From positions 94,488,001 to 94,552,000 of the forward strand of contig NC_042997.1 of the NCBI RefSeq assembly GCF_006345805.1: a DNA stretch of 64,000 nucleotides, written 5' to 3'. The notes under the pieces were generated by a model. It was not told where the DNA came from. It did no database searches and saw only the letters and a program-made list of their open reading frames with translations. Numbering within the stretch: the stretch's first letter is position 1; the number at the start of each line of letters is the position of its first letter. Of the stretch, positions 12,680-26,051 are shown one piece after another. The position numbers and the translations under genes were made by a program. Source of the stretch: Octopus sinensis. Lineage: Eukaryota.

Positions 12680-14050
12680 AAATTCGCGCAAACGAGAATC
12701 CTTGCTGACGTACGAAATGCCAAAAGCCATTTCATCATTGTTGAATTTAATCCGAATTATTTACACAAGGAAGAAACTATGATTATTCAGTAAGATCATT
12801 CAAAGATTTCAATAGAAGATAGGTTACATTTATTTTATACTAAGACAATTTGGAAAGAAAAAAATCCTCTAAAATACGTACAGCTCAAGGGATTTTAAAT
12901 TAGATTTTGACGTTTGTACTGCACAAAATTGAATTGCACATGAGTATTCATCAAAGAATTTCTGGGGTGGTCATAATAGATTACAAGCAGTTCTATATGA
13001 GATAACTTAAGCAATAGCTTGTTTAGCAGTGGAAACTATACGCCAAACCTCGTTGGTCCAGCCACCGCAATATTTTCAATAGCAATTCACACAAGTGGTT
13101 CGACTCTAAAGCTACATCTTTCAGCTTCTTTGTACGGAATGTCCAGAACTAGATGAACTAGATGAACTGCATATATGAGAATAATTAAACTAATTTCACA
13201 ATATTCAAAGTTTGTGGGAAAAGCAGTAATTGACCCTGATCACCCACAACTTACAACACTAGTCTGAACTGAATTAAATGACAATTTCAATTACAAGACT
13301 GCAATCTAAGGTGTCCTTTTGTCTTCTTTATAGTTAAAGGATTTGACAATGATCCGCCAAACAATTCTAACAAATTAAAACATGTGAATTTACATATGTT
13401 GGGAACAATAATGGGGGCAGCGTTTTGAATTATATTCAAGAAAGTCAAGAACAATAGATTTAAGCATGAGAAAATCTCAACTATTAGAAGAGAACATTGG
13501 AATTTCATTTGAATTCTCTGCTGGTTGCACAGTATAACTGTTTCTGACATTGCGCACAACTACAGAGTAAATGTTTTCCTTACTTTCATCGATTCATCTG
13601 GCTGTGATTTGAACAAATATTTTATTTATTTCTAATTTGAATTTCTTTGCCTGTTCAATAACGTTCGTGCTGAAGATCCATTTTCAACAATTGAATAATT
13701 CCAGTAATACTATCTCCATTAAGTATCAAAACACCTTAGACATGAGCTTCTTTTTCTTCAGCGAAAACATTCATTAAGTATTGAATTGGATGATAAGCCA
13801 AACGAATCTTTGCAGGTGATTCAAATTTGGGAATTAATTGGAATGTTTCCAAATAATATGATTGCACTGGAAACTTTTATAAGTTTACCAGAAACTGAAG
13901 CGTTTAGACGTGTTGAAGCGGTGAAGAATGGCCATCGCTTAACTGGAGGGAACCGTTTGAGTTGAGTTGCTACGTGTATAATAATTGTCAATACTGCTCG
14001 CGAAGTTTTACAGTATGGTTGTGCGTAGTTTATAGCTCGTAAAGCAATCG
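12680..14050 (+). pseudogene. Highly degenerate hAT-type (ZMYM-like) transposase remnant
   Basis: From 13810: LQVIQIWELIGMFPNNMIALETFISLP..EAFRRVEAVKNGHRL...NRLS*VA, resembling the hAT dimerisation domain (FPN..IAL..FL.LP...ER.FS.LK..KN..R.T....RLS.LA). ILADVRNAK lies near 12697. Confidence 0.5.
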
Positions 14051-16394
14051 TAGAACGATAAATTTCATTTATTCTCTAACTTGAAGTGAACGTGAGGAGT
14101 TAGTTTGCAAATAAAATCGGAGGAAATATAATCGAATTCGTTAGTTACGCTACCGACATATTAACAATGCCGTTTATTGAGCCATTGCTATAAACAATAC
14201 CAGCATTCTTTAACGTTAATTAGGGAGCTTGTGTTATTGAAAGTAAAATAGTTCATTTATGGAGAGGCTTAGTACAATTTACGATTGAATCAAGAGTATG
14301 TGATCCGTGTACACTTGTATTATTTGAAACTGCTAAAAGTAATCTTTAAGCATTATATCCAGACTGATGAGATGGGGGTGCTCTTCCAGAAATGACTGGC
14401 TGTCAAAGGAAAGGTGATCTTCTTAGATTACATTAATACACATTCTTTTAATAAATAACAATAAATCTTGGCATAGTACCAGTGAGAAACTATCCGTAAA
14501 TACTCTTGGAAACATTCCGTTTTTTAGTTTTAGTTAGCAGATAAAAAGGTATATTAAATATATTCTTATATTGAGTGTGATAAACCGATGGGAGATGTGA
14601 GGTAAAATAGCAATGCACTCATAAGTATTGATGCTGGTGGGTTGTACACATCCAACCGTATTGGTCTGAATGAATGGTGAAGCCTTCCGAAAGAGATGGA
14701 TATTTCAATACCCACCTAAACATCTTAACTAAAATATCCTAGTGAAAGGTAAGAGGTTGCTAAAAGTCGATAACGGCAGCAAAGACGTGGGAGGCACGGA
14801 TTGGTTGTAAGAAAGGTAAATTGTCCTACAAACCTTATGCTCACACCTCTTATTTATTTCCAAATATTTTGTCAGGGTTCTAAAATAAATAGCCTATAGA
14901 AGCTAGTGAACATTACTTATTGTGGAAGCAAGGTAGTCCAATGATCGGGAAAGCTGTTGAAGAGAAATGTGAGAAAGCAGCACTTCATTGTCCATTTCAG
15001 GCCCATAAATTTGAGAAGGACCGTGTTAAAGATATTTTTGTCATAAGCTCTTTATGGTAGACGTAAAAGGTAATAGTGAAGAAAGTAAATTTCTTCCTGT
15101 GTTATTCAATTATCAACTACATTAAATAACAATACGAGAGAAAATGAGGATGGAAAGGGAGAAAACTATCAATCAGTACATTCTCTGAGATTGAGGTGAA
15201 ATTTGTACGTTTGGCGTGCCGGATTGCGCCTTCTGAACATATTTGATGTGTGACACATCAGATTCCATCATTCGAACAAAACACCCTAATTTGAAATTAA
15301 GGAATTAATAATTAGCAGAATTCTATTGACCAACAATAGCTACCACTCTATTCTGATATACATACTTGGAATAATTTTAGATCAATGTCTTTAGAAATAT
15401 GAATAATCATATTTCTAGGCACATGGCTAACAGAGATGATAAATTCAATTTTTTTCTTTGCATTTAATTCACAGTTCAATTTTATGGAGTTGTTTTATCT
15501 TTTTTTTTATCATTGTTTTAAATCAAACTTTATCCTTTGTATAGAAATAATTTCCTTCGCTCCCTCATAACACTGATCTAATCTGGTTTGTTTTGCACTG
15601 TTTTAAGGAGTATTCCAAACACATTGCTTAATTTTCTTTAAGGTTTGGTATATTCAATGCACTTGGATTTTAGATTTCAACTTTTCAAGAGTGCATGTAG
15701 CTTTCTAAATGTTCTATCGAAGCTCTTGAAATCTACATATCTTTCAGTTTATTAATCGAAGCTGAAGCTTATGACTGAAATGATATTTATATCTCTATTA
15801 TCATACTTTGGGAATTGAATTTTTGATAATAGTCTGGTTGTCTGCAGTTCACTTTCTAATTTTCTTCTTGTTTTCTATGCTTTATATTATTATCTTCATC
15901 TACATCTACGTATTTGATTGGGTCATTAATCTCTAGTTTCGGTGTCTGGATCATATCTATTGTCCTCCGATTTCATTATTTTGCTTGTTTTAAATCTTTG
16001 ACATAAGTATAACGACATACTGATTGTTTATATTTCGGTCGAATTCTCGTAATTTGTTCGTAGCTGGGTGCTATCCATTATAAATCTGAAATGATACTAG
16101 TCAATCACTGACGTCAATTACTTGGTAGTATGTAACATGGTCGCGCTAATTGTTTTTGATGCCTATAAGGCCGAGAGAAGATATAGATACTATCTAGGCT
16201 CTCGTAAACTGGACCCAGAGGGATGTCTATGATATACTTAGCTGCATACACTGAAGCAACGAGAAAGGAATTGTTTAGTTAAAGGATGCAGTGTATCACC
16301 CGGTCCAGGCACCAAACCCACGCTATAAGCGGGTATTTCATCTAAATTAGCAATTAATTTACTTGTATAGGCTTGTCATATTCTCAAAGCAGTA

Positions 16395-16557
16395 CTTTCA
16401 TCGATTCTTTGACTGTGACTTGAACAAATATTTTATTTATTTGTAATTTGAATTTCTTTGCCTGTGCAATTATCTACGTGCTGAAGAACCGTTTCCCGCA
16501 ATTGAATAATCCCAGTAATAGTATCTCCATGGAGTATCAAAAAACCTTAGACACATT
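16395..16557 (+). repeat. ~160-bp diverged direct copy of 13584-13743
   Basis: ctttcatcgattc...gaacaaatattttatttattt.taatttgaatttctttgcctg...gtatcaaaa.accttagaca is present at both sites. Confidence 0.85.
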
Positions 16558-18399
16558 TGCCATATTTTCAAAGCAGTCGATACCTTTTTATTTTGCAAAT
16601 ATTGTATGTATTTCATTATCTTCAAGGATGACTTCGCTTTAGTTAATGTTATATTTTTCATTTCATATTTAGGTATTTCCGTTTCTATATCTCAAATTAT
16701 GATAGTTGTTTCATCTCCCTTTCTTAAATTTATAGAATATTTTCTGCTCATTGCTATTTGGTGCCTTTCACTGAAGTCGTCCTTGTTCTAATCCTACCTA
16801 ATTTATCTCATTTACTGATATCATAGCCGAGTATATTCATGCTGAGACAGTTTTATTTCCAGTCACTGGTGGGTTTTCTTGATATTTAAGATTACTCTGA
16901 GTTATCATGTCTTTTTATTTGTTATCGATTTTGTTTTGTGTCTACTCACTTATGATCGAGTAAATTATTGTTTAAAAGCATTGCAGGATTAACCATACTA
17001 TCTATTTCTATGTCAAGAAATACATTGCTTAATGTGTCCTTCCCATTTCAATGTGGTAGTGTGGGATGAGGAGAAGTTTAACTGCAATTTTGTGAACGTT
17101 ATGTGATCACATAGAGGACACTTAATTAGCTCTTGTTTGTTCTGTTTACTGTTATGTCTACCACAGAGGTTATATTCTTTTGAGACTGCATATTTGGTTG
17201 GTTGCTGCCTTTCTGATATAGAAGGTTATTGAGCAGTTTTGTGTTTTATGCGTCTGTTTGGTTTCTCTGTGATAAATAGTTCCCCCAACCGGTTTTGTAG
17301 GTCTGTGATAATTCCTTTGGAAGCTCATTTATTGCACGTTTTCTCATTTCTATTGTGATATTTCCGTTCCTTGTGAAGTGATATGTGTGATGTGTATGGT
17401 ATAACTGTGAATCTTGTTGTTTTTTTTTGTGTGTGTAGGAGCTCGTTTACTTTTGTGATTGTTATTTTTGTTTATTTTCGGTGCGCATTATTTGTGTGAG
17501 TTGTTCTATATCTGTTTCAGAGATTACTTAATAGCCTAATATAAATCTCTGCACATCCTCTAAAGTAGTTTACTTTGCTTTGTTTTACATTCTCTATCTG
17601 TTTTTCTATAACTCATCCGTGCTTTCCATTCTGCTTAAGTTAGTTCCATATATTATGAAATATAATGTACGCTCAAAAGTAAAAGCGCGTCTTTTCGAGC
17701 AGTGCAAAGCTAAGATATCTCTTAAAAATTAACCGTTAGAGTGGGCATCACTTGTATCCATTTACCTTATTGGAATTTACTGGCATATAAGCAGAAATGA
17801 ATACCCTGCATATCAATATAATTGCATTCAGTTCTGCGTCCTCAACAGCGACCAAATTCAGATTATCCTCCAGGTCAACAGAAGAGTATGAATATCTGTC
17901 TTTCATTGATAAATGCTTACTAATTTAACTGGCGAAGAAGTTTGTACTTTGAAACATTCCGTTCCATAGTGGAATTGTTTTTCTCTTTATTTTATAACAT
18001 GTAATTGTTAGTGCTTATACATATACCTGGATGATTGTCATGATTTTCATTCTTTTTTGTAGTCTCTATTAAAACATGTGCTTTTGTTTGTAAATTTATT
18101 TAACATTCTCTTTGTTCTTGAATTAATATGCATTGCCTCTGTGTTTATGGCTAGCATCACTTATCCCCGACCCAGACGAAGAATAAACGGAATAAAATTC
18201 ATATTAAATAAGCAGTTAACATTGTTAACGAAATTATATAATACGAAAAACATATCTAACAACTAAAATTTCATTTTACTTCAAGCTAGTATTCATTCAT
18301 ATTATACGCTGTAAATCTACATTTTTGCACAGAGCTATCACAAATACGTCTGCACACCCCAAGCAACAACACAAACAAAACCAACAAAAAATGATAATG

Positions 18400-18424
18400 A
18401 TGATGATAGCAATAATAATAATAC

Positions 18425-18463
<39 letters not shown>

Positions 18464-18503
18464 CATTATTATTATTATTATTATTATCATTATTATATTA
18501 TTA

Positions 18504-18566
<63 letters not shown>

Positions 18567-18580
18567 TATTATTATTTTTA
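18400..18580. repeat. (ATT)n compound microsatellite
   Basis: Direct inspection. Confidence 0.95.
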
Positions 18581-18880
18581 TTACACAACATATGCAAATG
18601 AACGATCATTACCAATGATTTTTTGTTATTCATATCAAGGAAGCTATTCCTGCATTAATTTAGTTTTCACAATATACGTTAAACTATTTTATAATTGGGG
18701 AAGCACTAATTATATTATCATATTATTGATAAGAACATAATCAAATTACCTTCTATATTAATCAACTTAGAAATGTATTGACGTCAGCCTTAACTTCCAT
18801 ATAGGGTACATTGACATTGATTTTCAATCTGGTCATCGTCAGTTTATTTTAGAAACTTAATTGTACGAATACCATACGTC

Positions 18881-18928
<48 letters not shown>

Positions 18929-20744
18929 TGTTCATACATATATGTGCGTACATATATATATGTGTGTGTGAGTATGTATATGTAAGAGATATATGTTCAT
19001 GCATATATATATATATATATATATATATCTGTATACTAATAAAAACACATATACATATATACATATATACACATCTGAGTGTATCTATATATCCGTATTT
19101 CTATGTATGTATTCGTATATTAACTACGGTACTTAAAATCTCAGTCTTTTTATTCTGATATTTTAAGGCAATGTTGCCAAATTTAATTCTATTTTTATAT
19201 ATCATGCACCACTGCATTCATTTCTGCCTCGTTGTTTAATAGGCAACGAAATTCCTTTCCCCTTTCTTACTTCAGCGGTATTACGCTTAGAAAGTAACTA
19301 TATAATTCTGATAGATTCGACGCTACAGTTATGTAATAAGGTTTAGTAAAGTAGTTAGACATTTTAGAATGTATCATTCACTTTTAAAATTTGTAATGTA
19401 AACGGGAATAATGCTATCATTATATGCATTATCAATTTACAGCACATGCAAATGATCGCTCAACCATCTATTTCTCAAACTACGACAGAGAGTAAATAGA
19501 TTCTGAATGTGCTTGTGTCCTAATTTTATTCTTCAACTAAATTAAATACACTTGGCACATTGGATCTTCGGTATTTGTCCATGAGTAGTTGGCTCACAGA
19601 GACCTCCATATTGAGCTCTATATAGTGTATATGACTGTTGCTGGTATTGTTCTTGTCGTTTTACCTAAGGCAATGACCTACTACTAATGCGAAATATGTG
19701 ACTACCCCATATTTCTAATCAGTCATTGTCTATCTTGGTTTACACTATTGAATATATCCCCCTTTTAAAAGAAAATATATGATATGCAAAAGATTTGACT
19801 ACTATTTCTAGAAGATCGATCGAATACGCAAACATGTCTATGTTGGTTAAAGTTATACCATTGATGTAACTTGAATAAATACCTGGAAATCGTAATGTAT
19901 CACCGGTATTTGCTGTATATTAAAATATTTCCCCAACGAAGTGGTTTTGGTGACGACGCATTGGTTATGCAGCGAATGCATTCCACTCCTTCGTGCTATA
20001 TTTATGTTACAAATTTTCTTCGCGTAAACATTTAAAAACGATCTTCATGTAAGGAAATGAGCAATCTATTAAAACATTCTCGAAAGATTTGCCATGTCAG
20101 TATCTATCTGCATTACATTTGTAAATCCCTTCGAAAATGGCACAAATTTATACATGCAGGATAAAAATAAAATGTTATTCATCAACTAATAGATCCTTCA
20201 TTGAAAATTTGATTCAACGCTCATGGAATTAAATATTTTTCACCAAATTAATTATTGATTTCGCAAGTTATTGTTTATTTGGGAGACAGCATATATTTTG
20301 TTAATGACCAGTAGTTGAAGACAATGTATTTTGCATCTGGCATGTGAGAAATAATTGTACACAAAGTCATAGTTCAAGAGAAGTATCAGAGCACTGAAAA
20401 TGTATTTCTGAAACATATTATATGATAACAAAAAAAGAAATTATAAGCAGTTTATGCCCATCAATAAGACGCATATTGATATATGTTCTGTAAATTCAAG
20501 TATAAACAAAATCATCATAGAAACACAATCACTGCACATGAACACATGTACACATTTATACATGTATGCCGATGTACCCAATGGTAGCATAAAAAATTGC
20601 AATTCAGTGGTATGAAGAAATCAAAAAATCACAAGAATTGTTAGGGACTCTCAAAACAAAGGGGACCTAATTTCAATATATAGGTATATATATATATCAA
20701 ACAAGACTGTAGAGATTCTGCTAAAATCATTCATTTAAAGCTTC

Positions 20745-20828
20745 CTTACACGTGTTTCAGTAACGATTGGTAGGCTGACTTGTGAATGTTTACTTTTACG
20801 TAATTACCACATCATTACATCATCTGAA
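20745..20828 (-). ncRNA. Degenerate hammerhead-like motif with long stem II
   Basis: Minus strand: CAGAUGA-uGUAAUGAUgUGGUA...UACCAAUCGUUACu-GAAAC-acgu-GUA. Stem II and palindromic stem III (ACACGUGU) are good. The core has U4>A and stem I is poor. Confidence 0.45.
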
Positions 20829-21039
20829 TTATATTTACTACTGCTTAAGCTATCTTTCAGGATATAATGTAATTCATTCACAGTCTTATATATCATATGT
20901 AAAGATACTCTTATTTCAGAGTAAACATTTTCCAGTTGATTTTATGTTTAGTTCGTGACCTTTATAATCATGGAAACAAATGGTAAGAAATAATACGAAT
21001 TTAATAAACACTATCAAACGTAAAGTATGTAATAAAGAT

Positions 21040-21275
21040 TGTAATAGGTCAAACAGAACTTACTCTAAGAAATAAACTGGCCACTCACCGACAAATAAGA
21101 GATCCAGTATTAGACAGATTCCACTAAGTGGTCACATAGACATATGTGCCAAAAATAAGTCTCCCAAATTCTAGGTCTACCCATTCTTCGTATGTTCAGC
21201 AAATACCACAAATGAAGTACGGATAGACAAAGAAAGTAATTACATGCAAAAGTACAAACCAAGACTTAGCAAACT
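21040..21275 (+). pseudogene. PLE GIY-YIG endonuclease C-terminal fragment
   Basis: With frameshifts: IGQTELTLRNKLATHR/QIRDP/IRQIPLSGHIDICAKNKSPKF*VYPFF...RIDKESNYMQKYKPRL (cf. YIGQT...R...H...E..FI..F.P.LN). Confidence 0.7.
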
Positions 21276-21980
21276 TGAACAGAGTACATAAGCAAATAAC
21301 TATTCACGTACAAAATTCATTCTAACACTTATCATGAGGGAGCTACACAGCTAACAACCTAGGTTTTAGCTATTGGACTACCTACAAAGGACTCCTATCC
21401 ACTCTCCCACCAGATAGATTAAATTTGGAGTGCCTTGATTATAACTAAACATGTCCACTCAACCGTGTTGTCCTTTTAGACTCAAAATATGTTGTTTCGT
21501 GACACTAACGCAAGGGCATAGCGGGAAACGTACAAAAGGTTATAAACTTAATCATGCGTCGTCTCTGCAAACACTTTCACAGAAAACATTCAGAGCATTG
21601 ATATTTTTAACTTACGATGCAAAACATTGTGACTTGATACTAACACACGGATATAGCAGGGAAACTACTAAAGTTTCTAAGACCAGTTATGTGACTATCC
21701 TCTACCAATCAAATCCTCTTCAAAACGTACACTACTTTGAGTCATGAACTCTTTATAACAACAGGGCAAATTCAAACATTTGTCAGAAGCAAGACAGCTA
21801 TGCCATAAGACACGTCTTTCTATTTGAGCTTTTTGAAAATCGGTGTAAATTGTGAAAGTGGTTAAAGCCTAAAAAAAAATATTTTAACTATTCTCAGTGC
21901 ATTTTCAACTTCTATTTTTCCTGTATTTCTACTCGTATAGAATAAAATAACTCTGTTTTCTATATATATGTACATATAAA

Positions 21981-22349
21981 TAACGGTTGTTATCACCTCA
22001 ACGGGGTTGTTCCATACAGAACACTGTTACTACTATTTTTAACCCCAGGAGAACACCTCCTCTAGCTGGTTAACGACCACTGTCTGTGTCCTTTATATTG
22101 CAAACAAGGGCGAACGACTGCCATGTCTGGCAGACAGGTATAACCAATAGCGACGAAGGATTATACCCAGAAACCAGCTGGTCTATTGGTTCGTGTGAGC
22201 GCTACATGGGAGTTGTTCGCTTCCTTATTTGCAACATAACGGACACAGATAGTGTGTTGGTAACCAGCTGGATATGTCCTCCTAGTGTTAAATATACTAG
22301 CAACAATGCTTTGTATGGAACAACTACGTTGAGGTGGTAACGACCGTTA
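21981..22349. repeat. Diverged inverted repeat (~145-bp arms) enclosing a hammerhead motif
   Basis: taacggttgttatcacctcaacg...gcgaacgactgccatgt (to ~22126) pairs with acatgggagttgttcgc...cgttgaggtggtaacgaccgtta (from ~22204). Sequence is related to the 355-bp units at 22.7 and 55.5 kb. Confidence 0.85.
22142..22191 (+). ncRNA. Hammerhead-like motif, core mutated (GCGACGA)
   Basis: AACCAAUA-GCGACGA-aGG(auuauac)CCa-GAAAC-cagcug-GUC^-UAUUGGUU: perfect 8-bp stem I and palindromic stem III. G3 breaks the 3-8 pair. Confidence 0.7.
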
Positions 22350-22374
22350 CTTTTCAGTAAAATTACAACTTACA

Positions 22375-22660
22375 TCTCGTGTAGAGACTTTAGACCTAGC
22401 TACATTTTGACCCAACCTGAGACGTCCACACTTCTTCATCTGGCCGAACTTGTTCTCACCCTCAACTGTTTCTCGTACGCGGGGGAGTTTTACCAACAGT
22501 TCTTGGTAGTGGCTATGGGAACCTGGTCGTTAGCTATGTTGAGGCCCAAATGTTTTCAAGATACACTGGTCCCAATTCCGATCTATACGGTCATTATATT
22601 GATGACTGTATCGGTGTTACCTAACTTCTTCCATCCTATCCTCGAATTCACCTGCGCTAT
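22375..22660 (+). pseudogene. PLE reverse transcriptase fragment with internal deletions
   Basis: QPETSTLLHLAELVLTLNCFSYAGEFYQQFLVVAMGT, then in other frames HYIDDCIG (~22594-22617) and NFFHPILEFT. These are typical PLE RT motifs (G.AMGT, YIDD, FHP.L.FT). Confidence 0.85.
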
Positions 22661-22673
22661 TTACAACATATAT

Positions 22674-23213
22674 ATCATAAAATATATCTGCCAACTAAGT
22701 GTGACGGTCCCATAGAGGACGATGTTACTGTTGATTTTAGCCCAGCAAGACATTTCCTCCAGTTGGCTAACGACATACTGTCTATGTACCATTCGTATTT
22801 GCGAGGGGAGGTTATGGCTCACATCTCTACCCTTACGTGATGCATACAGACCGAGTTTCTGGGTAGTTACCCGTCTTCAGTGTGTAATAATCACTAGCTA
22901 GTGATGAAAACTCATTCCACTCGCAAAATACTACATGCTCTTACCAGCCACAAACTGTGGCTGATCTCGAAAAAGGAGAAATAAGCTATATAAAATCTCT
23001 GAGTGAGCGGTAAACAGTAAGAGTACGGAATCGTAAAATATATTTGCCAACTAAATGCAGCGGTCCCATATAGGACGATGTTACTATAGTTGACAGCCCC
23101 AGGAAGACATCGCTTCCAGCCTTTTCTGTTTACCTCTTACTCCGAGATTTAGTATAGCTTATTTCTCCTTTTTCGAGATCAGCCACAGTTTGTAGCTAGA
23201 AATAGTATGTAGT
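22674..23213 (-). mobile_element. ~356-bp hammerhead-containing unit: 1.25 tandem copies plus an inverted partial copy (retrozyme/pLTR-like)
   Basis: 22674-22762 repeats at 23030-23119. 23126-23213 is the reverse complement of 22930-23017. One HHR per unit. Confidence 0.85.
22843..22886 (-). ncRNA. Type I hammerhead ribozyme motif, canonical core
   Basis: UACACA-CUGAAGA-cGGGUA(ac)UACCCa-GAAAC-ucg-GUC^-UGUAUG. Confidence 0.82.
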
Positions 23214-23219
23214 TAAACA

Positions 23220-24060
23220 ATCTTCTTTTATGGACTATGAGGCCTTGCTTCAGATAGTTGATAAACTGCCAAGCTCAACGCACTTGTACATTGTTGACAG
23301 AACTTGTTCCTTCGCAAATGACCATCAATTAACATCTCCGTATACTAGGCTTGGTGAACAGATGCTGTCGAAAAACTCCTAATAATCTGGCCCTCAACTA
23401 GGCTCAATGACGTTTAAACATTTGCAAATATCGATTATGTACGAAACAAGGAAACTTTTCAAGAGCAATACTGATCCCTGAGATCACAGATCTGTTGCTT
23501 TTAAATGTTTTATTCTTTTAACGTGTTCCAGCAGGAAGAATTACAGCTTGCACAGTTCACTGAGACAGCTCTTGGAGTTCTCTGAGAGGAACAGGGGGAA
23601 TTATGTATGGGATAGAAAATGTAGATTTTGGTGATTATATACCGGCAAAACGGAGGTTGAAGCAAGCACATGCGTCGGGCGACTATGTTTCTGGATGCCG
23701 TCCATTCGCTTCTCATCTGAGATTTGTAGAATAATAGGTGGAACCTGATCTGGAAAGTGATAAGGAATAACTAGTAGAGTAATCCCTTGGGATTCTAGGT
23801 ATTTGCCTTTCATGATTTGAGTAAACCTTTAGAGTGATCCTGAGTGTTCTATGTGTGTGTTCTTTGTGCTTAAGTTGGGGATCTAATCATTATTTTGTAT
23901 GTGTAGCATTTGCGTTTTTCGTTATTTTTGAGAATGACAAGATCGCATTCTCCACAGAGGAATATTTTGGAGGTCTTTATGCATAGAATCGACACGAGTT
24001 TGGTACGTGTTGTTGACTGTGAATGACAACTTGTTGGAGAGGGGCAAAAAGAAATTAAAT
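23220..24060 (-). pseudogene. Very degenerate retroelement (probably PLE RT N-terminal half)
   Basis: Only scattered, correctly ordered weak motifs: DLVILK.. near 23930-23950 and a YT.. block near 23340. Many stops. Confidence 0.3.
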
Positions 24061-26051
24061 GTAGAACTATCTGTGTGAGAATAAGCAGTGTGGGCTATGG
24101 CAGAAAGTAGAACCGATCCATTGTGACATACCTCAGGTGATAGCGTAAGGATTAAAAATGGCTTCCCCAGTACATGCTACAACATTGAAGTTTCATAGAA
24201 AGCTACCGTTGTAAGAGACAAGAGATGTGAGGGAGTCGGGGAACAAACGTTTTAGTAGGAAATTTACACGGTAGGCAAGCAAAAACATTGTTTACAGCCA
24301 TAAATGGGATAAGTATTAATGTTATGCTAGTGAAAGGAAAGATAATTACATTGAGCTTAGTCAATGAAGGATTGTGTAATGTTAAAAATATACTATACGT
24401 ATTTGTACCATTTAATTAATCGTTGCTAAAAGTTGGACAACTGAGAGCTATATTTGCAGACGTAAGAAGTCTTTCTTTAACCCAAGGAAAAACGTTTCAG
24501 CCGATGTCTTATTAGAAACATTTTGCTTTATATCTCAAATATTTAGATATATTTTCAGTATTTTGGAATTTATATATACCTTGAAACCTAGGTCCGTATG
24601 TGGCATCCGCTTCTTCGGGGAATGATCTCCCTTTGCAGGCTAGAGGACGCCGTGATGGCGTCAGCCCTCCTGGTGACGTTGATGATCGCCTGGGGCTAAA
24701 TGCATCAGTAACACCCCCACCGCCCTGCCCTGTCCCTAGCCACATTCAGATGGCTAACGTCCCTTATGTTATGGAGCAGTTACTGTCTATATCTCGTTTA
24801 GAGAATTATTATTGCGGAATTTATATTACTCTCTGAAAATCTGATAACAAGAAGTGATTCCATTGCTATATAATATGGAATTATATTTATTTTGGTGTTA
24901 ACTCTTAAATCCAAAGCATGAATTCTGCTAGTTTTAATATGTCTACCAATAAATGGATATTTTCTAAAGGATATTGATTTGTTCCTTTTAAATTGTAGAA
25001 GTATAAAATAAGGTAACATGTTCGTACATCTATCGAACTCCTTGCGCTTCTTCAAGTTCAGAAGAGGAAGAGTAATTGTTCCATGTTTATTAGTTGAAAT
25101 CATACGCAAAGCAGAAGATTGGAACTGAGAGAACATATACAATGAAGAGAAGAAACAAACTTTAATTCTTAGCAGATATTTACAAAAGAATAGAAACAGA
25201 CATTTCCAATATAGCAATTTCGATTTCAGGCATGGAATTGTCACATTCGTCCTATACTCGAATAGCTATTCTTTCATTGAAACATTATTTGACTGCTTTA
25301 TATCCCATATGTTACTTCACCCAAAATAATCCATATTATTACATTTGTCGTGGAATTTCATAGTGCTTAATATAGCACTGTTTTATAATAATTCTTACTT
25401 TGCTTTATCAAATATTCTGCAAGTTGGAATATCTAAGGTTACTTATTACACACGTCATACTTGAAATACAGTTAATTTCAAAGAAACAAAATGAAAATGT
25501 ACGCATGTGGTTTCCATCAATATATAACTTAAATAGGAACGTAATGCAATCGACTTTCTTCACCATTTATTTGTTGAGATTCAAAAGAAAGTCTTTTCAT
25601 AGAAGAATAACACCAAGTGACGTTATGTTATCTCTCCTGTTGCATTTATTTCTTCTGAAACGATTATTGGCCTATGTGTCTTTACAAGAGAGGAAATATA
25701 TATTGGTTACAGAGTTAGATAGCTTAAATTTATTTACTGGTTAATACAGAATATTTTATCTGTCTTTTGTATTTTACTAAAGCGCACTTCAGAACCTTGA
25801 CTGAGTGAGTGAATTGGGTCCAGTTTGTGTATAGGAATTCCTTGCATTTATAAAGTCTCCTAATGTATTTATGTTTGAACTACATTACAAAATCTGTTCG
25901 ATTACTGCAATCTATGCGAAATGTGTTGTTAAAAATTCTATACACCAATGTGTTTTCACGTAAATATACTTGCACACACACAAATACGAGTATATGTATA
26001 TATATATATATATATAGATAAGAAAGTTTGTTTGGTAAAGCACGTGGGTGA

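Noticed and set aside
15400-17500. Decayed LINE RT on the minus strand (YVDFK/AFD near 15715-15740)
   Set aside because: One frameshifted motif only, and the boundaries cannot be determined.
24490-24520. Hammerhead (minus strand CUAAUAA...GAAACGUU)
   Set aside because: Two core changes and no stem I pairing.
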